A stretch of DNA of 64,000 nucleotides from an uncultured Porphyromonadaceae bacterium. GTDB lineage: Bacteria; Bacteroidota; Bacteroidia; Bacteroidales; Muribaculaceae. The notes beneath the pieces are model-generated. The model was not told the DNA's origin, searched no databases, and saw only the letters and a list, made by a program, of their open reading frames with translations. Position 1 is the stretch's first letter. The number at the start of each line of letters is the position of its first letter. Positions 9,918-18,331 of the stretch are shown piece after piece. The DNA lies in contig CAMWID010000002.1 of the NCBI GenBank assembly GCA_947174235.1, forward strand, positions 62,833-126,832. Direction: 5' to 3'. Made by a program: the position numbers and the translations under genes.

Positions 9918-11633
9918 TCAGGAAGGGCGTTCCATGAATTTCCCGAGAGTCCTTACGGTTTCCGCGAATTTTTCCTTCGGAATGATGGCTTTGTTGCGCA
10001 CCTTGAACCGGTTGTTGTATACCGTCTGCGGAGAGCAATGCAGGAAGTCCGCGATCTTCACGCTGTCGGTGATTCCGAGTCTTACGAGGGCATAAATTCT
10101 GAGTTCGGTGTTGAGTAGCTCACCATCTTTCGGTATGATCCTCTTGTCTTCTTGCAGGAGAGAGTTGAAATCTTTTACGAAGTCCGGATATATATGTAGG
10201 AAAATAGTGTCAAAACTGTGATAGAAATCTTTCAGTTCCTCTTTTGTGAAATCATGGCTCGAGGTAGCCTGTTCGATCTCTTTAAATTTCCTTGTGACAG
10301 CTTTCACATGAATGCTCTTTCTGAAATCTTCAAGTTTACGGATATAATTGGAGCAGATAGTGAATACATATCCGATATATTCCTCCTTGACATAATTCGC
10401 CTCGTTGAGTTCATCGTTTTTTGTCTGCAGGTCATTGTTAAGATCTTTAAGTTTGGCATTGGCTTCCGCGAGTTGCCGCTGGGCTTCGGAGAGTTCCGAC
10501 AGGTTTTTGCTGAGCGATTTGTTTGCCTCGTCAAGGTTTGTCCGTTGCTTTTTGAGGCGCCTGTTCTGCACTATAATAATTGTCACCGTGGCGAACAGTA
10601 TCACGGCAAGCAGGCACACGACAACAAGAAACAGACGTATCCTCTGCTCCTGTTTCTTGTTTCTTTCCTGATATGCGAGATTGATGGAGCCTATGGTTTT
10701 CGTGATACTCAGTATGCGCACCCTGTTGGGGAAAGACCGTGCCTGGTCGAGACTATAATTGATATAGGAATAAGCATGGTCGATATCATTTTCGGCGAAC
10801 AATATTTTGGCAAGATCTTCCATCGATGCTATTTCCGCGTTTGCCGTCTTCACATCCACAATCGAAGAGAGTGCCATATATTTTTTTGAATTCTCTTTAT
10901 CCCCCTTCCATTCATACAGCTTGGAGAGCATGTAGGCTTCTTTCGCGTCACGACGTGTATTGAGTCCTGATTCGGCAAGCCTCTTTTCAAGGGAGGGGAT
11001 GAGAGAGTCGTCGGTTTTGTCAGTGCCAAGCACGTCCCACCCTTTATACCACAGATAATCCGGATGGTCGGGGGTGAGTGTAGCCATTATGGAATCCTTG
11101 TAGGCACGTTCCTTGATATAATACCGGTTGCCGTCGCCTCCGGCGTAATTCCCGAGATGACTGTAAAGATAGATCATTTCACCGAAATATTCTGTCAGGA
11201 GGTCATCGGGAAGAGACTCGCGGTTTATCCGGCTCATTATCTGAGAGGCTTCGCTTAGAAGCCCTGTCCCTGTCAAAAGATTTGATTTGCTGAGCAGGGT
11301 TCTGGCTTTCCATTCGCTGTTGCCGTTTCTATTGGCGATGTCAAGGTTGAGGTCGATATACTTCAATGCTGAGTCGGCGCGGAAAGTCGCATATTCTTCT
11401 GCGAGCAAACCATTGGAAAGAAATCTGTCGAAGTCGGATGACGCATGTTTCTTTTTTTCCATTATCTCACCTATCTTCAATAATTTCTGACGTTGGAAAT
11501 CTTTCTGTCGGGTGAGTAGTGAATCAAGGATATGTATGTAGTCAGAGGCATCTCCCTTTAGATCTTGGGCGACAACGATTGAACGGAAGAGTGTTGTTAG
11601 CAGCAGGAGCAGCAGGAGTTTTTTCAAAATCAT
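9918..11633 (-). CDS. SusR-like membrane-spanning transcriptional regulator (DUF6377-like, BT3309-like)
   Basis: N-terminal signal/TM, helical periplasmic region, second TM (LFLVVVCLLAVILFATVTIII), coiled coil, C-terminal HTH-like ELRIYALVRLGITDSVKIADFLHCSPQTVYNNR. Confidence 0.85.
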   Translation of the reverse strand: MILKKLLLLLLLTTLFRSIVVAQDLKGDASDYIHILDSLLTRQKDFQRQKLLKIGEIMEKKKHASSDFDRFLSNGLLAEEYATFRADSALKYIDLNLDIANRNGNSEWKARTLLSKSNLLTGTGLLSEASQIMSRINRESLPDDLLTEYFGEMIYLYSHLGNYAGGDGNRYYIKERAYKDSIMATLTPDHPDYLWYKGWDVLGTDKTDDSLIPSLEKRLAESGLNTRRDAKEAYMLSKLYEWKGDKENSKKYMALSSIVDVKTANAEIASMEDLAKILFAENDIDHAYSYINYSLDQARSFPNRVRILSITKTIGSINLAYQERNKKQEQRIRLFLVVVCLLAVILFATVTIIIVQNRRLKKQRTNLDEANKSLSKNLSELSEAQRQLAEANAKLKDLNNDLQTKNDELNEANYVKEEYIGYVFTICSNYIRKLEDFRKSIHVKAVTRKFKEIEQATSSHDFTKEELKDFYHSFDTIFLHIYPDFVKDFNSLLQEDKRIIPKDGELLNTELRIYALVRLGITDSVKIADFLHCSPQTVYNNRFKVRNKAIIPKEKFAETVRTLGKFMERPS

Positions 11634-11726
11634 CTCAATTGATTGGTATTTTGGAAATAAGGAATTTGGACAGTTTCAATTTTTGACAAATTTAATTCAA
11701 AAAAAACATTCAACCAAATAAAAATG

Positions 11727-11742
11727 GTATCACCGGATAAAT
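11727..11742. promoter_or_regulatory. Candidate operator copy 2 (GTATCACCGGATAAAT)
   Basis: 15/16 identical to 9775-9790; upstream of the regulator's TAAATTTG element at 11687-11694 (minus). Confidence 0.45.
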
Positions 11743-11807
11743 CGTAATCTGAGTTAGCGTTGTAAGCGGCTTGCATACTGTTTTTTTGAAAATGACGTTA
11801 GTTGTGT

Positions 11808-12656
11808 ATGGTCAGAAGATTACTGAGAAATATATCTGTCGTAATATTGTGCGCCGCCACCATATGTTGCGGACGTGTGCAGAAGGAACGTGATGCCGGG
11901 GAGGTAGCGACGGCGCGGGTGGATTATGCGGCGTTGCATTATTGGGACAGCTATGATTTCTCTTCTTGCGGATCAAGCCATGATTCCTTGGTTATGGAGA
12001 ATGCGTTTTCCGTCTACGTGTCCTTGTTGGCGGAAACGGAGACGTCACACAGGGAAGCGGCAGTTGATTCGCTTCTTGTGAGGGTTGAACGCTATAAAGA
12101 GGGATATGAATTGATAAATGATATGGCGTGGCGGTATCTCGACGATCCAAATTCTCCATTCAGAGATGAAGATACGTTTATAATATTTCTGAGACATGCC
12201 GTACAGTCACAGGTTTTGCCTGAGGAGGCACGCATGCGAGCGAGATACAGGCTTGATCAGGCGATGATGAATCGTCCCGGTATGGCGGCGGCAGGATTCC
12301 CTCTGACCACCAGGGAAGGAGTGCGCATGGATTTTAGAGACGTGATCATGGGGGATACTACGCTTGTGATGTTTTATGATCCCGATTGTGACCAATGCAA
12401 GAAAATCTCCGGAGAATTGTCGCGTACTCCTTTGCCGGCGACGCTGAAGATTGTTGGGGTGGATGTAGCCGGCGACCGGTTGTTTTGGGAAAAGACAAAA
12501 TGGAACTTTCCGGCAGACTGGGTTGTATGTTTTGCCGAGATATCACTTGAAGATGAGGAAATTTATCACTTCATGGCATTGCCCACATTTTATATGTATG
12601 ATAAGGAAGGATGCATAATATTGAAGGATCCGTCTCCATCGCGGTTGTTTGAATGA
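11808..12656 (+). CDS. DUF5106-like / thioredoxin-fold lipoprotein
   Basis: Putative lipobox (TICC); HYWDSYDF N-terminal motif; FYDPDCDQC CxxC; LPTFYMYDKEGCIILKD redoxin-type C-terminus. Confidence 0.75.
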   Translation: MVRRLLRNISVVILCAATICCGRVQKERDAGEVATARVDYAALHYWDSYDFSSCGSSHDSLVMENAFSVYVSLLAETETSHREAAVDSLLVRVERYKEGYELINDMAWRYLDDPNSPFRDEDTFIIFLRHAVQSQVLPEEARMRARYRLDQAMMNRPGMAAAGFPLTTREGVRMDFRDVIMGDTTLVMFYDPDCDQCKKISGELSRTPLPATLKIVGVDVAGDRLFWEKTKWNFPADWVVCFAEISLEDEEIYHFMALPTFYMYDKEGCIILKDPSPSRLFE

Positions 12657-12740
12657 TGAAGTAATGTTGTGTATAGTAGTAATTTATAATTGAAAATGGA
12701 ACCTTTATTGAAAATTTTGATAAAATAATATGTTAAAAAA

Positions 12741-12772
12741 TTTGCATAAGAAATGCTGATTGCTTAAATTTG
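12741..12772 (+). promoter_or_regulatory. Consensus Bacteroidetes sigma-A promoter for the pilus operon
   Basis: TTTG (12741-12744), 20-nt spacer, TAAATTTG (12765-12772). Confidence 0.75.
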
Positions 12773-12779
12773 TGACCGA

Positions 12780-13364
12780 AACCACGCTGATGTGCCGCGA
12801 TTGAAATCGGCACGGATGGGTGGGTTCAGGACATATTGGAAAGGCGTTTACACGCGCTTGTTTTTTGACGCATCTGAATCTCGCAAATTCAATCATCCTG
12901 TCAAAAAAACAATGCAACGGTAGATGCCCATGGGTATGTTATATTCCTTCTGCTGTTTTTCGGTTTACGGAAAACAGTAGAACTATATAATAGTATCGGC
13001 GTGGGTTTCTTCGTTGCTCGTTCTGACAGGATAGGCAATGCGAGAGCCTGATGCGCCGGACGAGCAACGGGTACAGACTCCCACGTTTTTCTATTTTTAC
13101 ACCTGACTAACCATGTCGGTAGCATCCGGCAGACGCATGAGAGGAGTCCATAGTCGCATAAAATGCGTTGCATCTATGGATAACGATATTGTCACTATCT
13201 GAAATTGACTCGTCGACAGGCTTGCTTAATTTATTTTACAGAGCTGACTTCATTTTCATAGAGCAAAAAAAAGTCTGACATTCCTTCTTCCGAGAAGGGT
13301 GTGTAAGACTTGTCATATCATTACATTGAAAAACTGAAACTAATACTTTTTAATTTATCTAATT
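12780..13364 (+). ncRNA. Putative structured 5' leader or ncRNA upstream of the major pilin gene
   Basis: No credible ORF; at least six visible hairpins between a consensus promoter and the first ATG. Confidence 0.4.
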
Positions 13365-15365
13365 ATGTTTATGCGAAAATCTTATTTGCTCTATGCAATG
13401 GGCGCAGGACTTGCATTCGGAGCGTGCAGTTCAGAAGAGACACTTCCTCAGGAAGGAAATGTAGTGGAGAAATCCACATCGTTCTATGTGAACGTTTCGA
13501 TCACCACTAATTCCGACATGGGAACACGTGCGGGGAGCGAGGACTATAACGGAACCGGCAATCCTGACTTCGAGAAAGGTGAGGCATCGGAATCTGTTGT
13601 GAACACGGTATATTTCGTGTTTTACGATGAAGCCGGTGTAGTGGTCGGACAGCCCGTGCTTGTTCCTGTGGATGCATTTGATAATGTGACTTCCGATTCA
13701 GATGGCGAAAACGTTTTGCGTAGTTACACCTCTATCGTTCAGGTGGATGTGAACAGAGGTGAATCGCTTCCTTCTCAGGTCATGTGCTACGTGAATCCTG
13801 TGTCGCAAGAAGGTCTTGCCAATTCTCTCCAGAACGTGGAGACTGTCACACGAGAAGAGTTCCAAGGAGAGAAAAATGGTTTCTCCATGTCCAACTCTGT
13901 CTATTATGCCACAAACGAGTCCGGTCAGACACTTACGCGTGCGGTCAACATAGAGAAGGAGCAGTTGTTTAAATCAATGGAAGAAGCTGAAAGTGCTGTG
14001 GCGGAAAATGAAAACGCAGCACGTGTAGTGATAAATGTGGAGCGTTATGCTGCGAAAGTTAATTTTGAGTTCGCAAAAGATGATGTTGTCAGTGATTATG
14101 TGCCTGCCAACACAGACGTCACACTTACTTTCGTTCCTGAGAAATGGGATGTCAACGCTACCGACAGGACTACATTCGTGACCAAGGCGTTCCGTAGTGA
14201 CGGCGGTCTTGGAAGCCCCGCCGGAAGCAACATGACTTATGGCGAGGTAAATGCCGAGATTGCCCGCAACGATAATTGGAATTGGAACTCATATCTATAT
14301 AGCAGAAGTTACTGGGGATTCTCACCATCTTATTATTCAGTAAACTTCCCGTCTATCGCTTATGATGTGATGAATAATGAGGATAAATTCTATTCTCTGG
14401 ATTATCTCACGTTTGATGACATAATCGGGAAAGGCAAGGTTCCGTCTTCCACCGCTACCCATGTATATGCGAAAGAGACAACAGTGTCACATCGTGGATT
14501 GACAAGCTCGAATCCTGCTGCCGCAATCGCATCCGCTGTGCTCGCAGGTCATTATGTAGTTTCGCTCAACGGTACAGAAGTGAAAGATTCTGAAGGTAAA
14601 GACTTGACATTCTATACAATGGGCGTTGATGAGAAAGGTGTTGCACAGGTATTCTTCAACGCGGCTCTTGAAGACGGGAATATTGTTTCTGAAGTGACCG
14701 GCGCTCCCACGATGATTGAGTATATGGTCAACAAGGAGACGGTGCTTCTCGTGCGTAACAATGCTGACAATACCTACGAACCGCTTTCAAGCAACAATCT
14801 CGCCCGCGTGTTCGACGCTTTGGAGATCGTGCGTCCCTCAGATGCTGTATACGACAAGCTCGGCAGCCATTCCGCTTCCCGCACAGTTACTCTTCAGATC
14901 GGTGACCTCTCGAAAGTGGAAGCCGGCTACACATTGTGTATCAATGTCGGAAACGGTGCCCAGGAGATTTTCAATGGCACTGCTTCCGTTCCTGAAGGTC
15001 AGATCGCTTTGGTAGATGCCAACGCTACATTGGCGAGGGCTACTCAATGGGCAAACAGATATAACGAGGGTAGAGCCTTCTTCAACATTCCTATCCGCCA
15101 CCTCGGATGGTATGCAGGGACCAATCCAAATAAAGACGCGTCAAATTCATCAATTGATTATTCCAAGGCAAGGGTGGGAGACTTCGGACTTGTCCGCAAC
15201 CATGTCTACAATATCAATGTCAATTCGATCACAGGTCTCGGCACTGCCGTGTCGGAACCGGAAGAACCGATCGTACCCCCTGTGGAGACTCAGGATTACT
15301 TCGTGGCATACCGTCTGAACATACTCAACTGGGCTATCGTGCCAGTGCAGGATGTAGATCTTTGA
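13365..15365 (+). CDS. Type V pilus major subunit, Mfa1 family
   Basis: Lipobox FGAC; GTRA maturation site; VERYAAKV; C-terminal GLVRNHVYNINVNSITGLG...ILNWAIVPVQDVDL. Confidence 0.88.
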   Translation: MFMRKSYLLYAMGAGLAFGACSSEETLPQEGNVVEKSTSFYVNVSITTNSDMGTRAGSEDYNGTGNPDFEKGEASESVVNTVYFVFYDEAGVVVGQPVLVPVDAFDNVTSDSDGENVLRSYTSIVQVDVNRGESLPSQVMCYVNPVSQEGLANSLQNVETVTREEFQGEKNGFSMSNSVYYATNESGQTLTRAVNIEKEQLFKSMEEAESAVAENENAARVVINVERYAAKVNFEFAKDDVVSDYVPANTDVTLTFVPEKWDVNATDRTTFVTKAFRSDGGLGSPAGSNMTYGEVNAEIARNDNWNWNSYLYSRSYWGFSPSYYSVNFPSIAYDVMNNEDKFYSLDYLTFDDIIGKGKVPSSTATHVYAKETTVSHRGLTSSNPAAAIASAVLAGHYVVSLNGTEVKDSEGKDLTFYTMGVDEKGVAQVFFNAALEDGNIVSEVTGAPTMIEYMVNKETVLLVRNNADNTYEPLSSNNLARVFDALEIVRPSDAVYDKLGSHSASRTVTLQIGDLSKVEAGYTLCINVGNGAQEIFNGTASVPEGQIALVDANATLARATQWANRYNEGRAFFNIPIRHLGWYAGTNPNKDASNSSIDYSKARVGDFGLVRNHVYNINVNSITGLGTAVSEPEEPIVPPVETQDYFVAYRLNILNWAIVPVQDVDL

Positions 15366-15446
15366 TAAAGAAGTGATTTGCCAGATTATATCTTGCCTGA
15401 GACATTGATCGGGCGCACACTCTCTCCGATCCTCCCTCCGTAAAGG

Positions 15447-15473
15447 CTATGGGGGGCTGATACCTCCCCATAG
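15447..15473 (+). terminator. Stem-loop after the major pilin gene (attenuator or mRNA stabiliser)
   Basis: ctatgggggg/cctccccatag ~10-bp stem; no U-tract. Confidence 0.45.
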
Positions 15474-15495
15474 TCACCAATAAAATAGAATTAGC

Positions 15496-16533
15496 ATGAT
15501 ACGTCAAATTATTCGTTCAGTCACAGCAGGAGCCTTATATGCCGCCGCCGGCATATGGCTGGCAGGATGCGGCATGGTCAATGATGATCTCCAGCCGTGT
15601 ACTGTCTCATACAATATGAAGTTTGTGTATGATTACAATATGCTATATGCGGATGCCTTCCCATCGTCAAATGTCCCAGTCTATGTGTGGGGGTTCGATG
15701 CAGACGGCAATCTTGCATGGAGCGGCAGCGATACGCATGAGGCTCTTTCCAAGAGCGGGTTCTCCATGCCGATTGATATAGAACCCGGCACATATGAGTT
15801 TGTGGCATGGTGCGGTCTGGTGCAGGATGACCCGTTCCGGCTCGCGACATATATCCCGGCATCCAAAGAGGAGCTGGAGGTAACGCTGACTACCATGAAG
15901 GGAAGTGACGGAATCTCTTATTCCGACACGGATCTTCCCCCGCTTTATCATGGATATATAGAACCGACAGAATTTATTTCCAATCCGGTGGGGAATGTCA
16001 GACAGGATGTGACCATGCACCTTATGAAGGATACGAAGACTGTAAGGGTGATGCTTCAGCATCTTGACGGTTCCCCGATAGAGCAGCGTGATTTCTCGAC
16101 AGTCATCATGGACAACAACAGCCACCTTGCATGGAACAATGATGTGCTTCCGGCTTCTGAATTTGAATACCGTCCGTGGTTTGTGAATTACGGTCAGGTT
16201 GTCATGCCTGGCTCGCGCGGCTCGAGGGCGACGACGTCTGTAGCCACGTTGCTTTTCGAACTCACCACCTCCCGCCTGATGGCTGATCATGATGCGGTGC
16301 TTGCGATCCACAGGAACTGGGATGACCGCGATGTAGTCAGAATACCGCTTATCGACTATCTGTTGCTTGTGAAAGGGCATTACAACGAAAGAATGTCTGA
16401 CCAGGAGTATCTTGACAGGATGGATGAGTTCAACATAGTGTTCTTTATTGACCGTAACAGCAACTGGTATACCGCGTCCGGCATACTTATCAACAACTGG
16501 ACCGTGGTGCCTCCGCAAAATGAGGGAATCTAA
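15496..16533 (+). CDS. FimB/Mfa2 family pilus anchor lipoprotein
   Basis: Lipobox LAGC; FVYDYNMLYADAF, LMKDTKTVRVMLQ, YLDRMDEFNIVFF, INNWTVVPPQ; no N-terminal TRA site. Confidence 0.88.
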   Translation: MIRQIIRSVTAGALYAAAGIWLAGCGMVNDDLQPCTVSYNMKFVYDYNMLYADAFPSSNVPVYVWGFDADGNLAWSGSDTHEALSKSGFSMPIDIEPGTYEFVAWCGLVQDDPFRLATYIPASKEELEVTLTTMKGSDGISYSDTDLPPLYHGYIEPTEFISNPVGNVRQDVTMHLMKDTKTVRVMLQHLDGSPIEQRDFSTVIMDNNSHLAWNNDVLPASEFEYRPWFVNYGQVVMPGSRGSRATTSVATLLFELTTSRLMADHDAVLAIHRNWDDRDVVRIPLIDYLLLVKGHYNERMSDQEYLDRMDEFNIVFFIDRNSNWYTASGILINNWTVVPPQNEGI

Positions 16534-16544
16534 AGAGATGAGAG

Positions 16545-18305
16545 ATGGAAACCAGATTAAAAGATAATGGAGAGGGTCGGTGCCGGGGTCGCCTCATGTC
16601 AAAGTTATCCGCTATAGCCGTGGTGTCTGCGGTTGCGGGGATCCTCTCAGGGGGATGCGGACTTGTGAATGATCCGGAGCCGGATAAGATTTATCCCGAT
16701 GCTCCCGCCGTCTACCGTATCGGACTGGAGGTGTCGGTGCCTGACAATTCCGGGAAACGTGCCACACGCGCCACATATGGCGGGACTGACGGAGGAGGTC
16801 ATGAACAGGTGGAGTCATATTTCCCTGACATGTATGAATGCGCGTTGAATCCCGGTGACGTGGCTGTCTATATTTTCGCGAGGAGAGGATCCGGGAATTA
16901 CAGTCTGATATATGACAGCTCGAACGACGAAGGATTCAGGATCATCGGATCGCCGCTGACGGGGTACAGTGTGTTGTCGACAATACCGTTTGAGAACTAT
17001 CGGCTTGATCTTGCGGGACTGTCGCAGACATCTACCGTAGATCTGCGTCTTGTGGCGCTCGCCAACCGGCATACTGAGCTTTCGGGCGGCGCCGGCGGGG
17101 AGTATCCATATGTGAAAGTCGGAACTGGCTATGACGAGGCGATGACTCAGATCTCTGATAATCTTCCTGAGTTTACATTGCCAAGCGGATGGAATCCCGG
17201 GAACACGGTCGCAGGTGAACCGCGCTACATACCTATGTTCGGTCAGGCGGAATGTACTGTTAACGCATTGGAATTTTATCATTCGGAATCATGGCAGACT
17301 GTTTCCATGGAAGATGTCATGATGCTTCGTTCGTTGGCAAAGATAGAGATCAACGACAATATCGACAACCGTGAAGCCACGGAAGACCGTTATCCGAGGA
17401 TAGAGTCCGCGACCCTTGATTACAAGTACAGCACGGGGAAACTTCTTCCGTATAATTTTTCCGGCTATACCAACGGCTCTCAGGTTGAGAAAGTCAATCT
17501 CGGATCAGCCGGTGACCGTGAGACCAGAATCATGACGTTGATCACAGGCACATATTACGGAGATGGAGCCGAAGCCGGGAAACGGGTGAGATTCTTTAGA
17601 GGTTATTGTCCGGAGCAGATGATAGAACGCGACGGATTGCCGGAAGTGAATATCACTATAAAGCCTGCGGCATCATCTTCTGAAGACGAATATTCGCATT
17701 ATACGGTTCCTCTCTACGGGTATAACGGCGGTGAGTTCAGCTGGGGTACGAATAATCAGCTTCTAAGAAACCATATATATAGAATCAATGTGAACAGCGT
17801 GGGCACTCCGGCAGACATCACTGTGCAGGTGATGCCATGGGAATCCGAAGAGATTACCTGGGATTATACAGACAATCCGGGATTTGCGGACGGTGGTCAG
17901 ATACAGTGGGTTGCCGGAACTTACAACAGTATCGACATGTCAACGGCAAGACTGATTGTAAATCCTGTCACCGATGGCGCCGCCGTATGTTCTTTCCATA
18001 TGATTCAGCCGCAGGGAGCCACTTGGCGCGCCTATCTGATAGACACGGAGGGTGAGACCCAGGGAGCGTTCCATTTCGTGGATGAGGAGGGCAACAAGGT
18101 AGATGTGCCGCAGGGAAACGTGGGAGAGGAGGCGGTATTGCGGATATTGCCGTCACAGACCGCCCAGACTTTTACTAACGCGGCACGTCTTCAGATTCTG
18201 GTCACCACTGCCGACGGAACCCGAACGATCATAGCCGATGTGCTGAACGGACAGTATGGCGACAACACGTATTTCACCATCGTTCAGAACGGTACGGGTA
18301 ATTAA
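16545..18305 (+). CDS. Minor type V pilin lipoprotein with extra C-terminal beta domain (alternative start 16596)
   Basis: Lipobox SGGC; ATRA site; LLRNHIYRINV...VMPW pilin C-terminal motif followed by ~140 further residues. Confidence 0.75.
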   Translation: METRLKDNGEGRCRGRLMSKLSAIAVVSAVAGILSGGCGLVNDPEPDKIYPDAPAVYRIGLEVSVPDNSGKRATRATYGGTDGGGHEQVESYFPDMYECALNPGDVAVYIFARRGSGNYSLIYDSSNDEGFRIIGSPLTGYSVLSTIPFENYRLDLAGLSQTSTVDLRLVALANRHTELSGGAGGEYPYVKVGTGYDEAMTQISDNLPEFTLPSGWNPGNTVAGEPRYIPMFGQAECTVNALEFYHSESWQTVSMEDVMMLRSLAKIEINDNIDNREATEDRYPRIESATLDYKYSTGKLLPYNFSGYTNGSQVEKVNLGSAGDRETRIMTLITGTYYGDGAEAGKRVRFFRGYCPEQMIERDGLPEVNITIKPAASSSEDEYSHYTVPLYGYNGGEFSWGTNNQLLRNHIYRINVNSVGTPADITVQVMPWESEEITWDYTDNPGFADGGQIQWVAGTYNSIDMSTARLIVNPVTDGAAVCSFHMIQPQGATWRAYLIDTEGETQGAFHFVDEEGNKVDVPQGNVGEEAVLRILPSQTAQTFTNAARLQILVTTADGTRTIIADVLNGQYGDNTYFTIVQNGTGN

Positions 18306-18331
18306 TAATCTAACGCTGACATGACAAAATC

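Noticed and set aside
13040-13075. Group II intron domain V-like start (gagagcctgatgcg)
   Set aside because: The rest of the D5 hairpin and D6 is absent, and there is no maturase.
12780-13364. Known riboswitch (cobalamin, TPP), RNase P RNA or tmRNA
   Set aside because: The hallmark conserved sequences could not be found by eye. An Rfam search is still needed.
15667-16518. Long antisense or alternate-frame ORFs (e.g. 15667-16518, 9030-9761, 10218-10889, 30743-31342, 39434-40081, 55051-55650)
   Set aside because: They lie wholly opposite or within well-supported genes, lack recognisable motifs and are expected shadows of real coding sequence.
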